64,000 nucleotides of DNA from sequence record PP400787. One strand, given 5' to 3'. The stretch is from Escherichia phage FL23. Within the stretch, counting starts at the first letter, position 1; the number at the start of each line of letters is the position of its first letter. Shown in pieces: positions 20,081-31,621 of the stretch. Position numbers and translations under genes: made by a program. Below the pieces are notes generated by a model. It was not told the DNA's origin, made no database searches, and saw only the letters and a list, made by a program, of their open reading frames with translations.

Positions 20081-21504
20081 TTAATGTTATCAAAAGTAGT
20101 GGTGTTTCTCAGAGCTTTGACCCGCAAAAAATTATTAAAGTTTTATCTTGGGCAGCTGAGGGAACATCAGTAGATCCTTATGAATTATATGAAAATATTA
20201 AATCATATCTCCGTGATGGAATGACCACTGATGATATTCAGACTATTGTCATTAAGGCCGCTGCGAATTCTATTTCGGTTGAAGAACCTGATTATCAATA
20301 TGTAGCTGCACGCTGTTTAATGTTTGCTCTTCGTAAGCATGTTTATGGGCAGTATGAACCACGTTCATTTATTGACCATATTTCTTACTGTGTAAATGAA
20401 GGTAAATATGACCCTGAATTATTGTCAAAATATTCAGCAGAAGAAATTACATTTTTAGAATCAAAAATTAAGCACGAACGGGATATGGAATTTACTTATT
20501 CCGGGGCGATGCAATTAAAAGAAAAATATCTAGTTAAAGATAAAACCACTGGTCAAATTTATGAAACTCCGCAGTTTGCATTTATGACTATTGGAATGGC
20601 ACTGCATCAAGATGAACCTGTTGACAGATTAAAACATGTTATTCGTTTTTATGAAGCAGTATCTACTCGACAGATTTCACTGCCAACTCCTATTATGGCT
20701 GGTTGCCGTACTCCAACTCGACAGTTTAGTTCATGCGTTGTTATTGAAGCAGGTGATTCGCTGAAGTCTATCAATAAGGCTTCTGCTTCAATTGTTGAGT
20801 ATATTTCTAAACGAGCTGGAATTGGCATTAACGTTGGTATGATTCGTGCTGAAGGTTCTAAGATTGGCACAGGTGAAGTGCGTCATACTGGCGTTATTCC
20901 TTTTTGGAAACATTTTCAGACTGCTGTTAAATCATGCTCACAGGGTGGAATTCGTGGCGGCGCTGCTACTGCTTATTATCCTATTTGGCATTTGGAAGTT
21001 GAAAATCTTCTCGTTTTGAAAAATAACAAAGGCGTAGAAGAAAACCGTATCCGTCATATGGATTATGGCGTCCAGCTGAATGATTTGATGATGGAACGTT
21101 TTGGAAAGAACGACTACATCACTTTGTTCAGTCCACATGAAATGGGTGGCGAACTTTATTATTCTTATTTTAAAGACCAAGACCGTTTCCGTGAATTGTA
21201 CGAAGCAGCAGAAAAAGACCCTAATATTCGTAAAAAGCGTATTAAAGCTCGTGAACTATTTGAATTGCTCATGACTGAACGTTCAGGAACAGCAAGGATT
21301 TATGTACAGTTCATTGATAATACGAATAACTATACTCCGTTTATTCGTGAAAAGGCGCCTATTCGTCAGAGTAACTTGTGCTGTGAAATTGCTATTCCAA
21401 CAAATGATGTGAATAGCCAACAAACCCGTTTAATCAAAATTAAGAAGTCGGATGTAGCTAAGTTTTATGAAGCTAATCCTGGCGGTATAATTCAAAGCAA
21501 ATAA
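20071..21504 (+). CDS. nrdA: ribonucleotide reductase large subunit, N-terminal piece (nrdA-a)
   Basis: ATP-cone; FSSCVVIE (Cys225 equivalent); SNLCCEIAIPT (Asn/Cys/Glu active site); then 28 non-conserved codons to stop. Confidence 0.85.
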   Translation: MQLINVIKSSGVSQSFDPQKIIKVLSWAAEGTSVDPYELYENIKSYLRDGMTTDDIQTIVIKAAANSISVEEPDYQYVAARCLMFALRKHVYGQYEPRSFIDHISYCVNEGKYDPELLSKYSAEEITFLESKIKHERDMEFTYSGAMQLKEKYLVKDKTTGQIYETPQFAFMTIGMALHQDEPVDRLKHVIRFYEAVSTRQISLPTPIMAGCRTPTRQFSSCVVIEAGDSLKSINKASASIVEYISKRAGIGINVGMIRAEGSKIGTGEVRHTGVIPFWKHFQTAVKSCSQGGIRGGAATAYYPIWHLEVENLLVLKNNKGVEENRIRHMDYGVQLNDLMMERFGKNDYITLFSPHEMGGELYYSYFKDQDRFRELYEAAEKDPNIRKKRIKARELFELLMTERSGTARIYVQFIDNTNNYTPFIREKAPIRQSNLCCEIAIPTNDVNSQQTRLIKIKKSDVAKFYEANPGGIIQSK

Positions 21505-21549
21505 AGTACACAGACCGTTAATAAATAATCCATAACAAGAGGAAAAGTT

Positions 21550-22260
21550 ATGGATTATTTTAAAATTTACAATAACCTTATTTCTAAAGCTAAGAATAGA
21601 AAATTAGATTGCTATACCGAATCACACCATATTATACCTCTGTGTATTGGTGGTTCTGATACAAAGGAAAACCTGGTAGATTTGACACCAGAAGAGCATT
21701 ACATAGCTCATCAATTATTAGTAAAGATATATCCAGATAATCATAAATTGATATTTGCCGCTAATATGATGTGTGTTTATTCTAAAGATAATATTGAACG
21801 AAAGAACACCAATAAACGCCATGGGTGGCTTAGAAGAAAATTGGCTATTTCTGTATCTGAAAATAATAAAGGCAAACCAGCTTGGAACAAAGGTATTCCT
21901 ATGTCTCCAGAAGTTAAATCTCGACTTCAAACATCTTGGGTGTTTACATTTCCGGATGGTCATGAGGAAATTCATCGAGGTCTTAACGAATTTTGTAAAG
22001 AGCATAATTTAAATCCATCTGCAATGTCAGCCGTTTGTAAAGGTAAACGGTCGCATCACAAAGGATTTAAGTGTAAGAAATTGGATAAGATTTCAGAGCT
22101 TGATAATTTAGTTTTCGTCAGTAAACCTCATCCAAAGGGATTAAAACCCCATAACTTAATTGCTGTAAAAATAAACGGTATAGAATATCAATCAATACAT
22201 CGAGCATCTAAAGCTTTAGGAATTACTAGAAAAAAGGTAGAAGAATTAAATGAATATTGA
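21550..22260 (+). CDS. HNH homing endonuclease inserted within nrdA (MobE-like)
   Basis: CYTESHHIIPLCIGGSDTKENLVDLTPEEHYIAH HNH motif; SD GAGGA; stop overlaps nrdA-b start. Confidence 0.8.
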   Translation: MDYFKIYNNLISKAKNRKLDCYTESHHIIPLCIGGSDTKENLVDLTPEEHYIAHQLLVKIYPDNHKLIFAANMMCVYSKDNIERKNTNKRHGWLRRKLAISVSENNKGKPAWNKGIPMSPEVKSRLQTSWVFTFPDGHEEIHRGLNEFCKEHNLNPSAMSAVCKGKRSHHKGFKCKKLDKISELDNLVFVSKPHPKGLKPHNLIAVKINGIEYQSIHRASKALGITRKKVEELNEY

Positions 22261-23239
22261 TTATGAATTTGTAGATGAATTTTACGAAGATGATGAGTAT
22301 ACTACAATAAAAGTTATTGAAAACAAGGGAGAAGTGGGGCTTTGTACTCTCTCTGCATTCGTACTAGATAATTTTGACTGGCAAGACCAAGATAAAATTA
22401 ATGAATTGGCAGAAGTTCAAGTTCGTGCTCTTGATAATCTTTTGGATTACCAAGGATATCCAGTTCCTGAAGCAGAAAAAGCTAAAAAGCGTCGTAACCT
22501 TGGTGTAGGTGTTACTAACTATGCAGCTTGGCTGGCAAGTAACTTTGCTTCTTATGAAGATGCTAACGATTTAACACATGAACTATTTGAGAGATTACAG
22601 TATGGACTCATTAAAGCATCCATTAAGCTCGCCAAAGAAAAAGGACCTTGCGAATATTATTCAGACACTCGTTGGTCTCGAGGCGAACTACCTATCGACT
22701 GGTACAATAAAAAGATTGACCAAATCGCAGCTCCAAAATACGTTTGTGACTGGTCGTCGCTGCGGGAAGACCTTAAGCTCTTTGGCATCCGTAATAGCAC
22801 ATTATCAGCACTTATGCCATGTGAGTCATCTTCCCAAGTTTCTAACAGTACAAACGGTATCGAGCCTCCACGTGGACCGGTAAGTGTTAAAGAATCAAAA
22901 GAGGGTTCATTTAATCAAGTTGTTCCGAATATTGAGCATAACATAGACCTTTACGACTATACATGGAAATTAGCTAAGAAAGGTAATAAACCTTATCTTA
23001 CGCAGGTAGCTATTATGCTGAAATGGGTATGTCAATCGGCTTCAGCGAATACATATTATGACCCACAGATTTTTCCAAAAGGAAAGGTTCCAATGTCAAT
23101 AATGATTGATGATATGCTATACGGATGGTATTATGGCATTAAAAATTTCTATTATCATAATACCCGCGATGGTTCTGGTACTGATGATTATGAAATAGAA
23201 ACTCCAAAAGCAGATGATTGTTCATCCTGTAAATTATGA
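22250..23239 (+). CDS. nrdA: ribonucleotide reductase large subunit, C-terminal piece (nrdA-b)
   Basis: Own ATG; resumes at GLCTLSAF (second active-site Cys) and runs to the C-terminal DDCSSCKL redox tail. Confidence 0.85.
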   Translation: MNIDYEFVDEFYEDDEYTTIKVIENKGEVGLCTLSAFVLDNFDWQDQDKINELAEVQVRALDNLLDYQGYPVPEAEKAKKRRNLGVGVTNYAAWLASNFASYEDANDLTHELFERLQYGLIKASIKLAKEKGPCEYYSDTRWSRGELPIDWYNKKIDQIAAPKYVCDWSSLREDLKLFGIRNSTLSALMPCESSSQVSNSTNGIEPPRGPVSVKESKEGSFNQVVPNIEHNIDLYDYTWKLAKKGNKPYLTQVAIMLKWVCQSASANTYYDPQIFPKGKVPMSIMIDDMLYGWYYGIKNFYYHNTRDGSGTDDYEIETPKADDCSSCKL

Positions 23240-24848
23240 TATAATTACCACAAGGATGTGGTTAACTAAGAATAACGCTATGTTTGATAATATATACAAA
23301 AACGGAAAGTTTCTTCCATTTGGAGAAGAAAAACTTAAATCTAGACTAACAGAAGAAGATAAAGCTCTTCTAACTGATGGAATAGATTTTAAGCTCAATG
23401 TGTTCCAAATTATGGAAGGCATTGACATTAACGATCTAAAATGTGCAGTTTGTGGAAATTTCATTTCTCTGAAAACGGCAAAGAAACGTGTATTTCCAGC
23501 AACATGTAGTAAATCCTGCGCAGGGATATTTTTCGCGGATAAGAGAATTCAAAGCCGTGATACAAATTTTGGCGGAAAAGAAAAATATAAAAAATATTTG
23601 TCTGAACTTCAACGCAAAAATTCTTTAGAAAAATATGGAACAACTCATCAAAAAATTTCAAGAAATAAAAATAGAAAAACTTTAATTGAACGATATGGGG
23701 TAACGCATAATTCACAATTAGAAAGTGTGAAAGAAGCGAGAAAAGTTATAGAAAACGGTAAATCAGTTGATATTCTGAATTCTAGAAAATCTCGCGAAAA
23801 ATCTAAGAAGACTAAATTAAATTGGACTGAAGAATATAAGGCATCGTTATATTCATCTATAGGAAAATCTATTAAAAATAACGGTCATATTAATCATGAT
23901 ATACTAGATAAAATCAATTACAAAATTTCTATAGAAGAACTACAACAATTAGCAAATTGTTCTCGGATGACGGCTTATAGAGCTCTTTCATCCAAAGGAC
24001 TAATTGACGTTCATTATACTCAAAGTTCTATAGAGCAATTCATTTTAGATCTAGGATTTGATTGCGTAGAAACTAGAAAAATTATTCCTCCGTATGAATT
24101 AGATATTTACATTCCTGAGAAAAAATTGGCTATAGAATACGATGGAATTTATTGGCATTCTAGCGGGTCAAAGGAAACAGATAAAATTAAAGAAACTTAT
24201 CATTTGATGAAGACAGAGATGTGTGAAGCACAAGGAATTCAATTACTTCACATCTTCGAAAATGAATGGATTGATGATACAAAAAGAGAGATCTGGAAAT
24301 CCATTATAAAGCATAAATTAGGATTATCAGAAAGAATACCAGCCCGAAAATGCAAAGCGCGTTTTGTTAATAAGGATGAGGCAAAAGAATTTATTAATAA
24401 GAATCATCTTCAAGGATTTTGCTCGGGAGCTCATACGTATAAAGGACTTTATTACAATAATGAGTTAGTTCAAATTATTTCTATCGGTAAATCTAGATAT
24501 AGCTCAGGTGATGAACTTTTAAGGATGTGTTCAAAATTAGGGATTTGTGTTGTAGGAGGAGCCTCAAAATTATTAAAAGGAATTAATTGTCTATCTTATG
24601 GCAATCGAAGATGGTGCAGTACATTATCAAATGTTTATGACTCTGTCATGGAATTTAGTCATATCTCTGAGCCGTGTTATTGGTATGTCGATAAAGGAGA
24701 GGTATTTCACCGCTCGAGCTATATGAAACATAAGCTTAAAAACAAGCTTAAAAATTATGATGATACAATAACTGAAGTAGAAAATTGTTATGCAAATGGT
24801 CTTAGAAGAATCTGGGACTGTGGAAATTTAGTTTACAGGACAAAATAA
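23214..24848 (+). CDS. large multi-domain putative nuclease (Zn ribbon, repeated YG(T/V)TH motifs, Vsr/DUF559-like core, C-terminal domain)
   Basis: CAVCGN...CSKSC; EKYGTTHQ/ERYGVTHNSQ repeats; LAIEYDGIYWH...LLHIFENEW; start ambiguous (23214, 23256 or 23280). Confidence 0.55.
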   Translation: MIVHPVNYDIITTRMWLTKNNAMFDNIYKNGKFLPFGEEKLKSRLTEEDKALLTDGIDFKLNVFQIMEGIDINDLKCAVCGNFISLKTAKKRVFPATCSKSCAGIFFADKRIQSRDTNFGGKEKYKKYLSELQRKNSLEKYGTTHQKISRNKNRKTLIERYGVTHNSQLESVKEARKVIENGKSVDILNSRKSREKSKKTKLNWTEEYKASLYSSIGKSIKNNGHINHDILDKINYKISIEELQQLANCSRMTAYRALSSKGLIDVHYTQSSIEQFILDLGFDCVETRKIIPPYELDIYIPEKKLAIEYDGIYWHSSGSKETDKIKETYHLMKTEMCEAQGIQLLHIFENEWIDDTKREIWKSIIKHKLGLSERIPARKCKARFVNKDEAKEFINKNHLQGFCSGAHTYKGLYYNNELVQIISIGKSRYSSGDELLRMCSKLGICVVGGASKLLKGINCLSYGNRRWCSTLSNVYDSVMEFSHISEPCYWYVDKGEVFHRSSYMKHKLKNKLKNYDDTITEVENCYANGLRRIWDCGNLVYRTK

Positions 24849-25523
24849 TGAGTACAGTTTTTAATACTAAACAGGTCGATGTTTTAAAAGAACCTATGTT
24901 TTTTGGTTCAGGTCTTGGTATTGCGCGTTATGATATTCAACGGCATCGAGTATTTGAAGAACTTATTGAACGTCAGCTCTCGTTTTTCTGGCGTCCTGAA
25001 GAAGTAAACTTGATGATGGATGCTGCACAGTTTAATAAGCTTCCTCAGTATCAACAAAATATTTTTACTAATAATCTGAAGTATCAATCATTACTTGATA
25101 GTATTCAAGGTCGTGCGCCGTCTGCTGTACTTATGCCATTGCTTTCAGACCCAAGCCTTGATACATGGGTTGCTACATGGACTTTTAGTGAAACTATTCA
25201 CAGTCGTTCATATACTCATATCATGCGAAATCTTTATACTGATCCGTCAAAGGTATTTGATGAGATTGTATTAGATGAAGCTATTATGAAACGTGCTGAA
25301 TCTATCGGTCGTTATTATGATGATGTTCTGACTAAAACCCGTGAATGGGAAAATGCTAAAGAATTTGTAGAACTAGCTAAAGAATCTCCTGATGCCGACT
25401 TTCGTTTAAACCGAGCTATTAAACAAGAAGCCGAAGCTAAACGTGCTTTAATGAAATCTCTTTACCTCTGTTTGCACGTTATTAATGCCTTAGAAGCTAT
25501 TCGTTTTTATGTATCTTTTGCGT
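24848..25523 (+). CDS. nrdB: ribonucleotide reductase small subunit, exon 1
   Basis: LKEPMFFG...RYD...QLSFFWRPEEV...WAFSETIHSRSYTHI...FYVSFA; 5' splice site inferred after gcgt (P1 gcgu/gcgc). Confidence 0.8.
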
Positions 25524-26115
25524 AAAATGCGCCTTTAAACGGTAACGTTTATCGAAAACTCCTTTAATTGCTGGAAAGTCCTTTATAGGAAAACTAGCAG
25601 CCAAGGTTTTGCTTGCACCTTTAATTAGTATAATATGATTATACTTTTAAGAGGATGCACAATTGAACTATAGAAAAATTTGGATAGATGCTAACGGACC
25701 TACCTAAAGATTCTGATGGAAGACCATAAGAAAAGAACATCAGCAAAAACATTAGAAATGGTTAAGAATGGGACCCATCCTGCACAAAAAGAAATCACAT
25801 GTGATTTCTGCGGTCACATTGGTAAAGGTCCTGGATTTTATCTAAAACATAATGACAGATGTAAATTAAATCCAAATAGAATTCAATTGAATTGTCCATA
25901 TTGTGATAAGAAAGATTTATCACCATCAACATATAAACGATGGCACGGCGACAATTGCAAAGCAAGGTTCAACGACTAGTCTTCGGACGTAGGGTCAAGC
26001 GACTCGAAATGGGGAGAATCCCTCTGGGATTGTGATATAGTCTGGTCTGCATAGTAATATGTAGCAGTTCATAAGAGAACGGGTTGAGAATTAGCGAGCT
26101 CAATCGAACATAACG
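25524..26115 (+). mobile_element. group I intron in nrdB (about 592 nt; boundaries inferred, +/- a few nt)
   Basis: Core motifs gtagggtcaagcgactcgaaa and atatagtctggtctgcat shared with the td intron; splice restores FYVSFA-C-TFNF...MEGNAKIM. Confidence 0.75.
25716..25979 (+). CDS. intron ORF, likely a truncated I-TevIII-like endonuclease remnant (Zn-finger region only, 87 aa)
   Basis: CDFCGH...CPYCDK...WHGDNCKARF; no complete HNH/GIY-YIG catalytic motif seen. Confidence 0.55.
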   Translation: MEDHKKRTSAKTLEMVKNGTHPAQKEITCDFCGHIGKGPGFYLKHNDRCKLNPNRIQLNCPYCDKKDLSPSTYKRWHGDNCKARFND

Positions 26116-26618
26116 GTACCTTTAACTTCCATAAAAACATGGAAATCATGGAAGGTAATGCCAAGATTATGAAGTTCATTGCACGTGATGAGCAGCTTCA
26201 TCTTAAAGGTACACAATATATTATTCGTCAACTTCAATCTGGTACTGATGGCGATGAATGGGTTAAAATTGCTCAAGAGTGCGAGCAAGAAGCAGTTGAT
26301 ATTTTCATGGAAGTTAACCGCCAAGAAAAAGATTGGGCAGTTCATTTATTTAAAGATGGCGATGTTCCTGGATTAAATACAAATAGCATGTGGAGCTTTA
26401 TTGATTACTTAACTGTATCTCGTATGAAACAGTGTGGTCTTCCATGCCCAATTACCGATGCTCCGGTTAAACACCCATATCCTTGGATTCGTGAATATCT
26501 TAATTCTGATAATGTTCAATCCGCGCCACAAGAAGTAGAACTGTCATCTTACCTTGTTGCGCAGATTGATAATGATGTTGATGATAAAGTTATGATGAGT
26601 TTTAAAAAATACTTTTAA
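26116..26618 (+). CDS. nrdB: ribonucleotide reductase small subunit, exon 2
   Basis: ...MEGNAKIMKFIARDEQLHLKGTQ...SSYLVAQID; aligns with class Ia NrdB C-terminus. Confidence 0.8.
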
Positions 26619-26622
26619 GGAG

Positions 26623-26644
26623 TGGGCCGCAAGGCCCATTTTAT
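26623..26644 (+). terminator. terminator-like hairpin after nrdB
   Basis: gggcc-gcaa-ggccc followed by attttatt. Confidence 0.6.
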
Positions 26645-26645
26645 T

Positions 26646-28233
<1,588 letters not shown>

Positions 28234-28236
28234 GCT

Positions 28237-28290
28237 GTTTACAAGTCCCTCGTGTTGTGTTATAGTAGTCTTACTGACATAACATGAGGA
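28237..28290 (+). repeat. 54-bp early-promoter/leader cassette, copy A (identical to 42394-42447)
   Basis: gtttacaagtccctcgtgttgtgttatagtagtcttactgacataacatgagga; -35 GTTTACA, 17-nt spacer, -10 TATAGT, SD GAGGA. Confidence 0.8.
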
Positions 28291-28297
28291 CTTTATG

Positions 28298-28801
28298 ATG
28301 GATTTACAACTTATTACTACTGAAATGGTCGTTGAAGCATACGGTGATACTACAGATGGGATTTCTGTATTCAAAGGAAATCGTCGAGTTGGATATATCA
28401 CCGATCTTAAGAAAGATTTAGCTAAGCAAGTCAAGCGGAAAACGACCATTAAAGAATATCGAAATCGTCGTCTTGAGCAAGCCCGTGATATGCTTCCTGA
28501 TGCGGTTGAAGAGATGAAAGTCTTTTTAGAAAATCAACTCGCTAAGTATGAGTGCGAAGTATTCATTAATCAGACTCAACCCAATGTTCATATCAATAGC
28601 TGCAAATGCTACATTATTGTTAATCCTTTGACGGGAAAGCATCGTCTTGGAATTAGTAATCCAAATCGTAGTGCATCGGATATGGCAGAAGATGTTGAGG
28701 CATGCTTTAAAATTTCTAAATCTCCAGCTGAACATCATATTTTAATTAACGGTCTTTCTCAAGACGATATTATAGAGGTTATTAAAACTTTATGCAATTA
28801 A
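28298..28801 (+). CDS. alc: Alc (blocks host transcription on cytosine-containing DNA)
   Basis: 167 aa, position between rnlA and pseT, sequence recognised. Confidence 0.75.
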   Translation: MDLQLITTEMVVEAYGDTTDGISVFKGNRRVGYITDLKKDLAKQVKRKTTIKEYRNRRLEQARDMLPDAVEEMKVFLENQLAKYECEVFINQTQPNVHINSCKCYIIVNPLTGKHRLGISNPNRSASDMAEDVEACFKISKSPAEHHILINGLSQDDIIEVIKTLCN

Positions 28802-29145
28802 GTAATACAACAGCTGGATTGCTATTACTTGTAATAGCATTTGGCGGAACATCTATTATTTTAAAAAATAAGGTAGAAAGATTAGAAACATCAGTTACTG
28901 AAATTACAAAAACGGCCAATGAAAACGCCTTAGCATTAAATAATTTGCGAATTCAGTATAATTATATTGATGCGATGAATAATAAAAATCGTGAGGCAAT
29001 TGCTGCTATTGAGCGTGAAAATGAAAAACTGCGCAAAGACGCAAAGAAGGCGGATGTGGTGGCTCATAAGCCAGGATTGGTTGAAAAACAAATCAACAAC
29101 TCCTTCAACAAGTTCGCAGAAGACATCCAGGACCTTTCTAAATGA
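28792..29145 (+). CDS. hypothetical membrane protein (pseT.3-like; N-terminal TM segment)
   Basis: LLLLVIAFGGTSIIL hydrophobic segment followed by coiled-coil-like region. Confidence 0.5.
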   Translation: MQLSNTTAGLLLLVIAFGGTSIILKNKVERLETSVTEITKTANENALALNNLRIQYNYIDAMNNKNREAIAAIERENEKLRKDAKKADVVAHKPGLVEKQINNSFNKFAEDIQDLSK

Positions 29146-29441
29146 TTAAACTATCAGCAGTAATATTATCTATTGGTCTTCTAGTTGGTTGTTCGACAAA
29201 GCCTCTAGAAGTAAAGAAAGAAACAGTTCATCCTAATTGGCCAGTACAAATAAAGTCATACGATGAAGCTAAACTATCCTGGCAAGTTAAAGTTATTGAT
29301 GGTAAAGCTTGGGTCGGTATGCCATTTGAAGATTCCCAGGAATTTCGCATTTGGCTTAATGATGTAAAACGATATGTACATGATCAGAAAACTATGATAT
29401 GTTATTATCGTCAAGAGTTAAAAGAGGATAAATGCAAATGA
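29142..29441 (+). CDS. putative lipoprotein (pseT.2-like)
   Basis: Signal peptide with lipobox LLVGC. Confidence 0.5.
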   Translation: MIKLSAVILSIGLLVGCSTKPLEVKKETVHPNWPVQIKSYDEAKLSWQVKVIDGKAWVGMPFEDSQEFRIWLNDVKRYVHDQKTMICYYRQELKEDKCK

Positions 29442-29662
29442 TTTCATGGCATCAATTTGAACATCTCAAAGGATTGATTTATGAATCCGAGATGGCTGCA
29501 ATGATTTATGGACGCCAGATTCAACGGTTAGAATCTTTACCTCCAACTAATGATGTTTTATTAGCTCAATCTCGGGCTAATCTTAAAAATGAATACCAAA
29601 ATAAGTGGGGTAAAGCATCTAAAGACCTGCATGATTATATTCAATCATTGGTTGAGAAATAA
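29432..29662 (+). CDS. hypothetical protein (76 aa)
   Basis: ORF with ATG, translational coupling to neighbours. Confidence 0.45.
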   Translation: MQMISWHQFEHLKGLIYESEMAAMIYGRQIQRLESLPPTNDVLLAQSRANLKNEYQNKWGKASKDLHDYIQSLVEK

Positions 29663-29665
29663 TAA

Positions 29666-30890
<1,225 letters not shown>

Positions 30891-30891
<1 letters not shown>

Positions 30892-31088
30892 TGGCTTTGC
30901 ATCATGAAACTTGGGCTATTGTTATTGTAAATAGCGGTTTAGTTGGTACTAGTAATGGTCAATTTTGTGATTTCACTAGTGAAATCAGAGCTTGGGAGGA
31001 ATGTCTTAAATTAAGAGAAAAGAATCCCGATGTTGAACTAACAGTAAAGAAAACTAAACTGCCTTTACCGTGGAAAACTTATGAATAA
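30891..31088 (+). CDS. hypothetical protein (65 aa)
   Basis: ORF, ATGG overlap with pseT stop. Confidence 0.45.
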
Positions 31089-31281
31089 TCTAGAAAAGAT
31101 TTATCGTCTTTGTGATAAAATTGAAAAAGAAAAGAAATATCTATTTTGTTTATGGCCTATTGTTGACGGAAGAGTAGGCCTAGATGTTCTTGATTATGAA
31201 ACAGAAGACAAAGTAGATGGTTCAACTTTTGATAACGCTTTGGATGTTATTGATTGGCTCGAAGAAAATTATGTGAGGTAA
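31081..31281 (+). CDS. hypothetical protein (66 aa)
   Basis: ORF with ATG. Confidence 0.45.
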   Translation: MNNLEKIYRLCDKIEKEKKYLFCLWPIVDGRVGLDVLDYETEDKVDGSTFDNALDVIDWLEENYVR

Positions 31282-31283
31282 AT

Positions 31284-31559
31284 ATGTTTCCGACTTACTC
31301 TAAAATCGTAGAAGTAGTGTTTAGCCAAATTATCGCTAATAACATGTTTGAAAAGCTTGATAATGCAGCTGAACTTCGAATCCACGCTCAAGTGACTCAT
31401 GTATTGAATACTTTGCTTCCAGACCAGGTGGATTCTGTTGCCATCACGTTGTATCCAGGTTCCGCGCATATCATTGTTGTATTCGGTCTTGATGCTGAGC
31501 TAGTCATCAAAGGCGATATTCGCTTTGAATCACAGACATCAGAATTCAAAGCAATTTAA
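31284..31559 (+). CDS. hypothetical protein (91 aa)
   Basis: ATG 31284 preferred over upstream ORF-track start. Confidence 0.45.
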   Translation: MFPTYSKIVEVVFSQIIANNMFEKLDNAAELRIHAQVTHVLNTLLPDQVDSVAITLYPGSAHIIVVFGLDAELVIKGDIRFESQTSEFKAI

Positions 31560-31561
31560 TA

Positions 31562-31600
31562 GTTTACTTTACGGTAGAGTTGTGATATTATAGCTCTACC
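31562..31600 (+). promoter_or_regulatory. early promoter with stem-loop (GTTTACT-N17-TATTAT; ggtagag/ctctacc)
   Basis: agtttactttacggtagagttgtgatattatagctctacc. Confidence 0.5.
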
Positions 31601-31621
31601 AAAACAAACGAGGAAATTGAA

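Noticed and set aside
20071-23239. Interpretation of the nrdA interruption as a third group I intron
   Set aside because: The td and nrdB introns in this window share obvious core motifs (GGGTCAAG.GACTCGAAA, ATAGTCTG.TCTGCAT). Nothing comparable flanks the HNH ORF, the gaps beside it are only ~45 and ~0 nt, and the downstream piece has its own ATG overlapping the HNH stop. Not formally excluded without an RNA search.
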